This document shows positions 23,377-31,910 of a stretch of DNA of 64,000 bases, piece by piece. The notes under the pieces were generated by a model. That model saw nothing but the letters and a program-made list of their open reading frames with translations, made no database searches and was not told the DNA's origin. The DNA is from Bryobacterales bacterium (GTDB lineage: Bacteria; Acidobacteriota; Terriglobia; Bryobacterales; UBA6623). The stretch's first letter is position 1, and every line of letters begins with the position of its first letter. Location: contig JBBDWJ010000321.1 of NCBI GenBank assembly GCA_040902925.1, positions 125 through 64,124 on the forward strand, written 5' to 3'. The translations under genes and the position numbers were made by a program.

Positions 23377-23703
23377 AACCGCGGCCGCTAAAACGTCGAG
23401 GAAGGGTGCGGTCTCGCCCTAGCCCGCAGCGGAAAAACGACCGCGGACAATCTAGGGGATAGAACAGGTCAATGCGGACTGGACCAGGGCTGGATCACCG
23501 CGCCGTAGCGTCTTGTGATGGTTTGTCTTTTATTTTCAATCGGTTAACTGTTTGATGATGAGGATTCGCTTGCAGGCCGCTGCTTGGCGTTCCATGAGGT
23601 TCCAGTACTTTTTGCCGTACCAGATGTTCCGGCGGGCTTTTCGTACCATGGCTTCGTACCCTAGTGTATCCCACCTAATTTCCTACTTCCGAAACCCTTA
23701 GAA

Positions 23704-26700
23704 TTGTGCAAGAATCATGACACGTTGGGGGAGCCAGGGGCCATTTCGTCCCGTTACCAACTCGGGGAGGTCGTAGCCCGAGGCGGGATGGGTGTGGTCT
23801 ACAAGGCTTACGACGCGCTCATCAAGCGGCCGGTCGCGGTCAAGACCCTCAATGACATCCGGGACGCGGCCGCGCTCGCGCTGTTCTACAAAGAGTGGGG
23901 TGTACTGGCCTCGCTCGTTCATCCCAACATCGTTCAGGTCTACGACGTCGGCAAGTTTGAAGCGCACGGCGAAACGGTGCCGTTCTTCGTCATGCCGCTG
24001 CTGCCGGGCGAGACTCTGAGCAAGCTGATCTACGACAGCAGCCACCCGCTGACCATCACACGCGCGGTGGACATCATCTGCCAGGCGTGCCGCGGGATTC
24101 AGGCGGCGCATGACGCCAAGCTGGTTCACCGCGACATCAAGCCCAGCAACATTCTGGTGCTCGACGACGATTCGGTAAAGATTATCGACTTCGGCGTGGC
24201 GCACCTAGTGGGGAAGGAAGGCACGACCGGGCTGAAGGGCACGCCATACTACATGGCGCCCGAGCAGATCCGGCTGCAGGGGCCTTCCGCGCTTACCGAC
24301 ATTTATTCGCTCGGTGTTGTGGCGTATGAGGCGCTGACCGGGCGGCGTCCCATTCAAGGGTCCTCGGACGCGGAGATCGCCGACGCGATTTTGAACCATA
24401 TTCCGCCGTCCGCTTCGGACATCAATCCCACGATCGACCAGATGATGAGCCGGGTGCTGCACAAGGCGATGGCCAAACACCCCTGGCATCGTTTCAGCAG
24501 TGCGCGCGAGTTCGGCGAGGCGCTGCAGAAAGTGATGCGCAACGAGCCGCTGGAGATTTTTGATCCGAGCCGCATCCAGCCGCGCATCGAACGGGCGCAG
24601 CGGGCCTTTGAGGGCGGAGATTTCGCGTTTGCTTCCGAAGTGCTCGGCGAGCTCGAAGGCGAAGGGTGCCTCGATCAGGAGATCACGCTGCTGCGGCGCA
24701 AGCTGATCGAGCGGCAGCGCAAAGACTGCATTCGGACGTTGATCGAGGGAGCGGCGCGGTGCCTCGAGGAGCAGGAATACCCCTTGGCGCTGCGCAAGGT
24801 GCAGGAGGCGTTGGACCTCGATCCGCACGACGGCGATGTGTTGTCGCTGAAGGCACGCATTGAAACGGCCAGCCTGCCGCACAAGATCGGCGACTGGATG
24901 AGCCGTGCGCAGCGGCACTTGGAGAGCGGGGCGTTCGCGCAGGCGCGTAAGGTGCTGCAAAGCGTGCTTGACGCGCAGCCGGGCCAGCCGGAGGCGCAGC
25001 GGCTGCTGGCGCAGGTCAACGAGCGCGAGAATCAGCCTGTACGGGCGCGCGAGCCGAAAGCTAAGCCCGACCGTGCGGGGAGGCCCGACCATGCGGGGAG
25101 CGGCAGTGTGCGGCCGCTCATCCATGACAGCAAGCGCGAAGAAGCGGTTTCGTGGTGTTTGGCCAAGGTGGGGCAACTGCAACGGGAAGGGAAGGCCGAA
25201 GACGCTTTTCAGCTCGTCGAACGGGTGCTCGAGACTTATCCAGGAGTGTCGCGACTGGAGCAGTTGCGCGAAACGCTGCGGCCCTTAGGGACGAGGCCCG
25301 GCGCCGATACGGCCAAGGCGCGCGACCTGGAAGAGTTGCAACGGATCGCCCACCAGGTGGGGCATTCCGGCGGCCAAGGCGTTGCGGGGGGACTGGAGGC
25401 CAGAGCGGAGGCCATTGAGCGAAACTGGCCGGGGGATGCGGAAGTTGCGGCGCGGGCCGCGGAGGTGTATCGACAACTTCGCGAGCAGCATGATCCAGAC
25501 TTCGCAGCGATTCCGGCCAAGCCTTTTGGCCGCGCCGTGACGTCGAGCGGCGAAGTGGAAGCGAGCCCGGCAACTTCCGACGCTGCCGCCGCACGGCATG
25601 CCGTTGCAGCTAGCTACGGCGGCGCTGTGACAGACGCGCCGCGCATTGAGGCTCCGGGCAGGGAGGCCCCGGGCACCGACGCTCCGGGTTACGGCACATT
25701 CGCCGGCGAGGCGGGTGGTTCGCGCGCGCCCGCAAAAACTGCGTCCAACACAGCGCCTTCCGTTCAACGTGCAGGAGCGGCGAAGCAAACCGCCGCGCCG
25801 AAGGCCGCCAGGCAGGCCGGCGAGACGCAAGCCTGGCTGCTCAACGTTGTATCGGCCGCGGCGTTGTTAAGCCGTCGTGGCGTGCGCAATGTCTATGTCT
25901 GGGTGGCGGCGGCCGCGGTACTGGGATTGGTTCTCGCCCTGGTTGCGGCGGCCCTTCTGAAGCGCACGCCGCCGGCTGCTGAGCCCGCGGCGCTAGCTGC
26001 GGTGCAACTGAGAGTCGAACCGGCCGGCGCGAAAGTCGTCCTGGCAGGCGGCGGCGAAAATTTCGAGTGCACAGCGCCGGATTGCGCGTTAAACGTGCCG
26101 GCCGGCGACTATACATTGACCGCAAGCCTTACGGGATACCGGCCGGTGCGCGAGACGGTTTCGATCGAAACAGGGTCGCCGGCTCCGCTGGCGTTCACTT
26201 TGGAGGCACTGCCGGTCTTGCTGCGCTTGATCAGCGACCTGCAGCGCGCTTCGGTCCGCGTTGATGGCGAGGAGATCGCGACGCCGGTTGAGGAAGGGTT
26301 TCTCGAACTGATTCTCAGCCCGGGAGTGTATCCGGTCGAGGTGCGCAGCGGTTCGTCGTCGGCGTCGATGGTTGTCGATGTCGCGCCGGGGCGGGCGCCG
26401 CGTTTTGGGGAAGCGATCCAGGCGCGCGAGTTTCAGGTATATGCGGTGGCGAGTTTTGGCGATTCGGCCGAGTTGCGAAGCAGCGCCGCAAGCGTCGCGG
26501 TGCACGTCGATGGACAGGAACGCGGGGCGGCAACCGACGGCGTGCTGCAACTGGCAGGGCTTTCCACGGGGCTGCACGAGTTGACATTCACGACCGCGGA
26601 GGGGCAGATCCGGCGCAGTTTCGAAATCAGCGAGGAGCCGGCGCTGACGGCCGTGCTGATCACCGACCGCAACCTCGGCAGCTTGCTTGTGGAAGCCGGC

Positions 26701-27894
26701 GTCGAGGGAGCGGAAGTGTCGATCAACGACGGGCGCTATCGCAAGCAGACCGCGGGCAGCGGCCGTGTTCGATTGTGGCTCGCGCCGGGCGAATACACCG
26801 CTTCGGTCGTCAAAGACGGCCACGAATCGGCCGCGCCGCAGGCCTTTACGATTCGCAAAGGCGACGAAACGCGGCTCGATTTTGAGCTGCCGGTGAAGCC
26901 GCAGATGGCGCGGCTGGAAATCGCGGGCGCGCCGGCCGGCGCCGAGGTCTGGCTCGACGATAAACGAATCGGGCAGGTGGATCGCGGCGGAGCGTTCGGC
27001 ACGAGCGTGCCGGCGGGATCGCACCGTGTCGCGCTGCGCAATCTGCCCGAGATGTACGCTTCGCAAGAGATCGAGAAGAGTTTTGCCGAAGGAGCCACGG
27101 TTGCCTTCAGCGGCGAGACTCTTCCGCTGCGCGCGGTCAAAGGTAAAGTGCAGATTCAGGTCGAGCCCGAGGGCGTCGAAGCGTCGATCACCATCAGGCA
27201 AGAAGGCGGCGCCGCGCAGCCGGCACAAGCGGGCACGCACTACCGCGAGGCGGGCGACTATATTGTTTCGGCTACCGCTGCGGGTTTTCAACCTTCGGAA
27301 GACGGCCGGCGTGTCACTGTTGGGCAAACCACTGTTTTCCGCCTGACGCTGCGGCGCGCGGTGGTCGAGCAGGCGCGCCGCCGTTTTGCGTTTGAGGATT
27401 TAGCGAAGATCCCCGGCTTCGAGAACATCAAGGGCGTCATGGTGCGCAACGGCGGCGACGTAGCACTGTTGCCGTTTACGCCTTCCGGCGGGTCGTACAC
27501 GTTTACGGCGAACGTTCGTGGTGGCGGTCTGTTTTCACTGCGCCACGTGGGTATCGGCAAGCCGCGACTGCAATGGGTTGTCGATTATACCGACGCCGGC
27601 AACTACGTCTTGTTCGAGTTCGGCGAGAACGCCTTGTCGCGGACTCTGGTGAGCGGCGGCAAGCGCGGCGAGACGGTCAAGATCGCTCACGAGTGCCCGA
27701 AATCGGAGTACTACTCCATCACGGTGGAAGTGTCCGCGCGGGCGGTGACGAACAAAGCGCTCTGCGGCGGGCAGTGGGTGGTGCTCGAGCGTTGGGATTC
27801 GCAAGGGGCGAACCTGGCCGATGGAAAGTTTGGGTTTTTCGTCCCGAACAAGAGCACGCTGGCGATTTCGCACTTTGAGGCAGTCGCGCCTTGA
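23704..27894 (+). CDS. Ser/Thr protein kinase, bitopic, with TPR-like region and extracytoplasmic PEGA/CarboxypepD_reg-like repeats
   Basis: 1396 aa. Kinase motifs are GGMGVVYKA, HRDIKPSNIL, DFGVA and APE. One TM helix (VYVWVAAAAVLGLVLALVAAALL) is followed by repeated beta-sandwich units (e.g. NVPAGDYTLTASLTGYRPVRETVSI). It has a TTG start. Confidence 0.9.
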   Translation: MCKNHDTLGEPGAISSRYQLGEVVARGGMGVVYKAYDALIKRPVAVKTLNDIRDAAALALFYKEWGVLASLVHPNIVQVYDVGKFEAHGETVPFFVMPLLPGETLSKLIYDSSHPLTITRAVDIICQACRGIQAAHDAKLVHRDIKPSNILVLDDDSVKIIDFGVAHLVGKEGTTGLKGTPYYMAPEQIRLQGPSALTDIYSLGVVAYEALTGRRPIQGSSDAEIADAILNHIPPSASDINPTIDQMMSRVLHKAMAKHPWHRFSSAREFGEALQKVMRNEPLEIFDPSRIQPRIERAQRAFEGGDFAFASEVLGELEGEGCLDQEITLLRRKLIERQRKDCIRTLIEGAARCLEEQEYPLALRKVQEALDLDPHDGDVLSLKARIETASLPHKIGDWMSRAQRHLESGAFAQARKVLQSVLDAQPGQPEAQRLLAQVNERENQPVRAREPKAKPDRAGRPDHAGSGSVRPLIHDSKREEAVSWCLAKVGQLQREGKAEDAFQLVERVLETYPGVSRLEQLRETLRPLGTRPGADTAKARDLEELQRIAHQVGHSGGQGVAGGLEARAEAIERNWPGDAEVAARAAEVYRQLREQHDPDFAAIPAKPFGRAVTSSGEVEASPATSDAAAARHAVAASYGGAVTDAPRIEAPGREAPGTDAPGYGTFAGEAGGSRAPAKTASNTAPSVQRAGAAKQTAAPKAARQAGETQAWLLNVVSAAALLSRRGVRNVYVWVAAAAVLGLVLALVAAALLKRTPPAAEPAALAAVQLRVEPAGAKVVLAGGGENFECTAPDCALNVPAGDYTLTASLTGYRPVRETVSIETGSPAPLAFTLEALPVLLRLISDLQRASVRVDGEEIATPVEEGFLELILSPGVYPVEVRSGSSSASMVVDVAPGRAPRFGEAIQAREFQVYAVASFGDSAELRSSAASVAVHVDGQERGAATDGVLQLAGLSTGLHELTFTTAEGQIRRSFEISEEPALTAVLITDRNLGSLLVEAGVEGAEVSINDGRYRKQTAGSGRVRLWLAPGEYTASVVKDGHESAAPQAFTIRKGDETRLDFELPVKPQMARLEIAGAPAGAEVWLDDKRIGQVDRGGAFGTSVPAGSHRVALRNLPEMYASQEIEKSFAEGATVAFSGETLPLRAVKGKVQIQVEPEGVEASITIRQEGGAAQPAQAGTHYREAGDYIVSATAAGFQPSEDGRRVTVGQTTVFRLTLRRAVVEQARRRFAFEDLAKIPGFENIKGVMVRNGGDVALLPFTPSGGSYTFTANVRGGGLFSLRHVGIGKPRLQWVVDYTDAGNYVLFEFGENALSRTLVSGGKRGETVKIAHECPKSEYYSITVEVSARAVTNKALCGGQWVVLERWDSQGANLADGKFGFFVPNKSTLAISHFEAVAP

Positions 27895-27909
27895 AGCAGG
27901 TCGCGGCTT

Positions 27910-28079
27910 GTGCGGGGCGGGGACAGTTACCTCAGTGTGGGGTCACCCGCGGCAGGTACTGTGTGCGGGGCGGGGACTGCGGGGCGCGGACAAGTGCGGG
28001 GCGGGGACAGTCACCCGCCGTACAACACGGGTATTTGGTCGAAGGTGCGGAGGGCGGGTGACTGTCCCCATCGCGCACT
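27910..28079. repeat. Cluster of four copies of a G-rich ~26-nt REP-like repeat (GTGCGGGGCGGGGACAGYYACC...), the last two forming a 17-bp perfect inverted repeat
   Basis: Copies lie at about 27910, 27963 and 27994 (direct) and 28054 (inverted). GGGGACAGTCACCCGCC (28003-28019) pairs with GGCGGGTGACTGTCCCC (28054-28070). The cluster sits between convergent genes. Confidence 0.8.
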
Positions 28080-28106
28080 TACGCCCGCATCGGCAGCGAA
28101 GCTAAA

Positions 28107-28652
28107 CTACGCCGGTTCTGTTTCCAGCGCGAAGACGCGTTCGAACTCCGCGACGGCGTGCGGACCCAGCCGCTCGGCCATGCGGCGGTATGCGTCGCGG
28201 CGAAAGTCCCATTCCTTCGACCGCGGGATCTGTTCCAAACGATCAACCAACTGGATCCGAAGCAGATCGTCGAAGTCCTGCTCCGATATCGCGATCGGCT
28301 CGCCCGTAAGACGGTCCGTCATCTGGTACGGAGGAGTGCCGCGCTCGATTTCCTGATCGAGCGAGTCGTAAACGACGGCGCAGAACAGGTACGCTAGGCG
28401 CTCGGCCCGCTCGCCGATCAGCGCTTGCACGTCGGCGCGGCGCTCCAAGGGCAGCTTGAACTTTTGGAAAAGTCCTGTGCCGTAGATCGAATGGAAGAGC
28501 CCACCGTGGGCGACATCGTCGTCGTAACCCCATTTCTTCAGGTCGCGATAGACCGACACAATATGTCCCAAGTAGGAGCCGCCCGTGTGCGGCACATCGG
28601 CGGCGGCTGCCTGGCGGAGAAAAGCGATCATTTCATCGAAGGAAGCGGGCAT
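28107..28652 (-). CDS. Hypothetical protein with His/Asp-rich HD-like metal-site pattern
   Basis: 181-aa ORF with good coding character (PHTGGSYLGHIVSV...DDDVAHGGLFHSIYGT). I recognise the pattern only loosely, so the function is unknown. Confidence 0.6.
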   Translation of the reverse strand: MPASFDEMIAFLRQAAAADVPHTGGSYLGHIVSVYRDLKKWGYDDDVAHGGLFHSIYGTGLFQKFKLPLERRADVQALIGERAERLAYLFCAVVYDSLDQEIERGTPPYQMTDRLTGEPIAISEQDFDDLLRIQLVDRLEQIPRSKEWDFRRDAYRRMAERLGPHAVAEFERVFALETEPA

Positions 28653-28867
28653 GGTTACTCCTGAAGTTCAACGACTCAGCAGAGCTCAATGACCTAACAA
28701 TCTAGCGAGGAGTTGCCGTTGAATGCAAATGCGAGCCGGTGGGTCAGTAACAGGTTCTTTTGAATCCCAAGTAGCAACGGTCCGTCGCTGCACCGTCAAC
28801 AAGGCCGAACCCGCGAACCCGCGAGACTGGTGGCTTTTCGCGGCTGATTCGTCTACCATCTTGGGTC

Positions 28868-29584
28868 ATGAGATGCTCTGTTAAGACTTTCCTGGCTTTC
28901 TTGCTTCTCGCAGGTGTTGCGTTTGCGAACACGGCCATCGAGCCCGTTCCTCGAGATGAGAAATGGGTGGGGCGGCATGAGGGTTTTGTTGCTGAGGCCC
29001 AGAAGGGCGGCATCGACCTTTTGTTTCTCGGGGACTCGATCACCGATGGCTGGCGTACGCGGGGCAAAGAGGTTTGGGATCGTGAGTATACGCCGCTGAA
29101 CGCCGCGAATTTTGGGATCGGAGGCGATCGCACCGAACATGTTCTGTGGCGGCTGCGCAATGGCGAGGCCGAGGGCTATAAGCCCAAGCTGGTTGTGCTC
29201 ATGATCGGCACGAACAATACCGGCTTCGAACGGGACAAGACGACGCCGCGCAATACGCCGTCTGAGATCGTGGAAGGCGTTACCACGATCGTCAAGGATT
29301 TGCGCTCAGACTTTCCCGATGCGAAGATTCTGCTGCTTGCCATCTTTCCGCGCGGCGAGAAGGACTCGTTGCAGCGCGGTCAGGTTGCCGAGGTTAACAA
29401 GCAGATCGCGAAGTTGCACGACGGCTCGCACGTCCACTACCTCGACATCGGCGCGAAATTTCTCGATGCGGAGGGGAATATCCCCGCCGACATCATGCCG
29501 GACTTGCTGCATCCCCACGAGAAGGGTTATGGGATTTGGGCGGATGCGATCCGCGAGCCAGTGAAGCGGCTGATGGGGAAATGA
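28868..29584 (+). CDS. SGNH/GDSL hydrolase (PAF-acetylhydrolase-Ib-like esterase), secreted
   Basis: Signal peptide, block I FLGDSITDGW, block III GTNN, and block V DLLHPHEKGY. Confidence 0.88.
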   Translation: MRCSVKTFLAFLLLAGVAFANTAIEPVPRDEKWVGRHEGFVAEAQKGGIDLLFLGDSITDGWRTRGKEVWDREYTPLNAANFGIGGDRTEHVLWRLRNGEAEGYKPKLVVLMIGTNNTGFERDKTTPRNTPSEIVEGVTTIVKDLRSDFPDAKILLLAIFPRGEKDSLQRGQVAEVNKQIAKLHDGSHVHYLDIGAKFLDAEGNIPADIMPDLLHPHEKGYGIWADAIREPVKRLMGK

Positions 29585-29648
29585 CGCGGCCCGATCGGGT
29601 TTCCAGGCATCTGGTCATCTAGAACAGGACCGCCAAGCGTGCCGGTCC

Positions 29649-31298
29649 TCACTGCTTGGGGCGGAGGCGGCGGAAGCCGTCGGGCCCACCGATTTCCTTA
29701 TCCGTCTCGAGCTTCTGAAAGTACTCGACCACTTCACTCCAGATTAGCTCGGGATTGTCCTTTTCCACCCAGCCCCATTCGGGTTGCGGCTTATCGGCGA
29801 ACAAGCGCTTGGAAACCCACACCTCGCCGTCTTGATCCCATGCGCGCCGGATTGCTTGCGAAACACGCTGCGGCCACTGGCCTGCCTGGGCGTCCATCGG
29901 ATCGGTCAGATAGTAGACGGGTAGTTGTGTTTCGAGCGCCAAGGGATGAAACGGGAAGCGGTGGTAGAAATCGTGGATGCCGTCGCGGAAGGAAAGCAAC
30001 ACGACGCGGCTCGCCGGCGGCAGAACTTGTTTGGCGGCCTCGATGCGATCGATGTCCGGCTCGAACTGCTGCCGGGCTGTGGCGACCGCGTAGTTGGGAA
30101 GATTGACGCCAATCATGGCGACGAGCAGGATCGCTAGCGCCGCCTGCGTGGGACGCCGCCAGGAAAAGTCGCGGCAAAGATAGGCCACAACAACGATCAG
30201 CATCGGGTAAAGCGGAAGGTAACGCTCGGCGCTGCCGGCTTCGTATGCCAGCGCGAAGGAAAGCAGCCCGGCGGCGGAGGCGGCGAGCGGCAACAGCAGT
30301 TTGCGGCCCGCTTGTGTAGTCGCGAGGCCGAACAGCGTGAGACCGAGAACGCAGTGGACGAGCAGGATCTTCCATAGGCTTGCCGTGAGAAGGTCCCACA
30401 GAGTGGTTTGCGCGTAGGGGTCGCCGAGCATGTAGCGCTTGATCGTCATGCCATCGTTGCCGAGATCCAGAAAGGCGCGCGGGATGCCGGCGCCGATGCG
30501 CAGCCAGTTGCGTGTTTGCGCATAGCCGTGACCCGCGTCGGAGATCCATGCGTGCAGGCCGGCCACGGAATCGACATGGAGAACAGCCGCCGCCATGCCG
30601 TACAGCAACGTCCCGATGATCAATGTGGCGACGGTCAACCGCGCGACGAACACGAGACGCTGGCGGCCTTCCGCCGTGTTCAACGCCAGCGAATCACGGC
30701 GCCAGACGATGGCGAGCACGGCCGCGCCGGGCAGCGAGAAAAGATAGGCCACCCACAGAGTGCAGGAAACGGCGAGTGCGGCTCCGGCGGTGCAGGCTGC
30801 GCCCCAAGTGAGACGGCCGGTTTTTGCCGCGGAGACGACTAGGGCGATGCCGGCTAATTGCATGGCAAGGCCTGGGACGTAGGCCGTGCCGGTTTGCGAC
30901 ATGTTGAGGAAAGCGCTGCTCACCAGCAAACCAGTGCTGACGGCGAAGGCTATTGTTGTGCTGCCCGAGACTTTTTCGGCGAGGAAGAAGGCCAGAAGAA
31001 CGCTTGCCAGCCCGGCGGCCAGGTTGATGGCGATCAGCGGGGGAAAGACGGCGAAGTAGCTTTGGCCGATGCGCGGGCGCGTCCAGCGTTCGGTCAACTC
31101 GTTGGCAAGCCAGCCAGTGGGGCGCCATAGCAAGTGCCCAAAATCCCACAGGTGCGGCTCAGTGATCGACGCGGCGTGTTGGATGTCGGCCGCGTACATG
31201 TTTGTATCGCTGTAGGATTGCGGTGCGGTGAGCAGGACGACGGCGAGGAACAGAAGAGCGATCGCTCCGTAGGATTGTGCTTTGGAGGGCTTCGGCAT
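29649..31298 (-). CDS. Polytopic membrane protein of unknown function (GT-C-like topology)
   Basis: 549 aa. About 11 TM helices are followed by a soluble domain of about 130 aa. No catalytic motif is confidently recognised. Confidence 0.7.
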   Translation of the reverse strand: MPKPSKAQSYGAIALLFLAVVLLTAPQSYSDTNMYAADIQHAASITEPHLWDFGHLLWRPTGWLANELTERWTRPRIGQSYFAVFPPLIAINLAAGLASVLLAFFLAEKVSGSTTIAFAVSTGLLVSSAFLNMSQTGTAYVPGLAMQLAGIALVVSAAKTGRLTWGAACTAGAALAVSCTLWVAYLFSLPGAAVLAIVWRRDSLALNTAEGRQRLVFVARLTVATLIIGTLLYGMAAAVLHVDSVAGLHAWISDAGHGYAQTRNWLRIGAGIPRAFLDLGNDGMTIKRYMLGDPYAQTTLWDLLTASLWKILLVHCVLGLTLFGLATTQAGRKLLLPLAASAAGLLSFALAYEAGSAERYLPLYPMLIVVVAYLCRDFSWRRPTQAALAILLVAMIGVNLPNYAVATARQQFEPDIDRIEAAKQVLPPASRVVLLSFRDGIHDFYHRFPFHPLALETQLPVYYLTDPMDAQAGQWPQRVSQAIRRAWDQDGEVWVSKRLFADKPQPEWGWVEKDNPELIWSEVVEYFQKLETDKEIGGPDGFRRLRPKQ

Positions 31299-31398
31299 GC
31301 AGGTTGAGCGCGCTTGGACCGCGTGCGCTTAGCGATAGTCGCCGCGTGGCGTTATTCACAAGTCAGCAGCTTGCGAGATTGGGGTAGGGCGTCCCGCC

Positions 31399-31436
31399 GA
31401 GCGGAGGCTCGACGGTGCAAGCTGAGAGCTTGCGCC
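31399..31436. repeat. REP-like double hairpin (CGAGC-GGAG-GCTCG ... GCAAGC-TGAGA-GCTTGC)
   Basis: The same element occurs in inverted orientation at about 54612-54653. Its second hairpin alone occurs again at 54781-54804. Confidence 0.75.
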
Positions 31437-31446
31437 ACGGACTCCT

Positions 31447-31605
31447 TCATTCATACCGCAATGCGTTCACCGGATGCACGCGCGTGGCGCGGCGGGCGGG
31501 TAGATAGCTTGCGAGCATCGCGGCTGTGGCGAGGGCCAACGATAGTCCTTCGAGGACAAGGGGGTCTGTGGAGCTTAGTGATTTTCTCAGAATCGCGGAG
31601 ATGGC
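31447..31605 (-). pseudogene. 3' remnant of an ADOP/FtsX-MacB-type ABC permease
   Basis: Only the last ~52 codons of the 211-aa ORF look like a permease (SSTDPLVLEGLSLALATAAMLASYLPARRATRVHPVNALRYE*), which is the canonical C-terminus of acidobacterial ADOP permeases. The upstream part of the ORF is Arg/Ser/Pro-rich noise. Confidence 0.65.
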
Positions 31606-31910
31606 GTCCAAGCGCGGTGGAGGGAAAGCCACAGCCTTGACCGCGCACCGGGGACCCGTCAGAAAGCCTGGGCGGCGCCTCAGAGGTTTCAATGTGGGAT
31701 AATTTCGGCGAGTCGTGCTTCTAAGCCGGGCGCGCTGCAAGTTCCTGAGCGCCGTTAGAGCGGTTAGAGTGCTAGGCCCAAGCTCCAATTCATGCCCTTC
31801 CTTAACGTAACTTTGGCGCGATTCGAGTAACCCAGGGGGGCCGCGTACCGCCCTAGAGGAGAACCATGATGAGGAGTTCTTGGGAGCGAGATCACTTTCT
31901 AGGAGGAAAG

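Noticed and set aside
26089-27327. 412-aa minus-strand ORF
   Set aside because: It is antisense to the extracytoplasmic part of the kinase gene, is Arg-rich and has no motifs.
27910-28079. Possible CRISPR array, and likewise for the 12140-12193 and 55514-55593 repeats
   Set aside because: The repeats are too few, or are contiguous without unique spacers of uniform length. One copy is inverted. No cas genes are present in the window.
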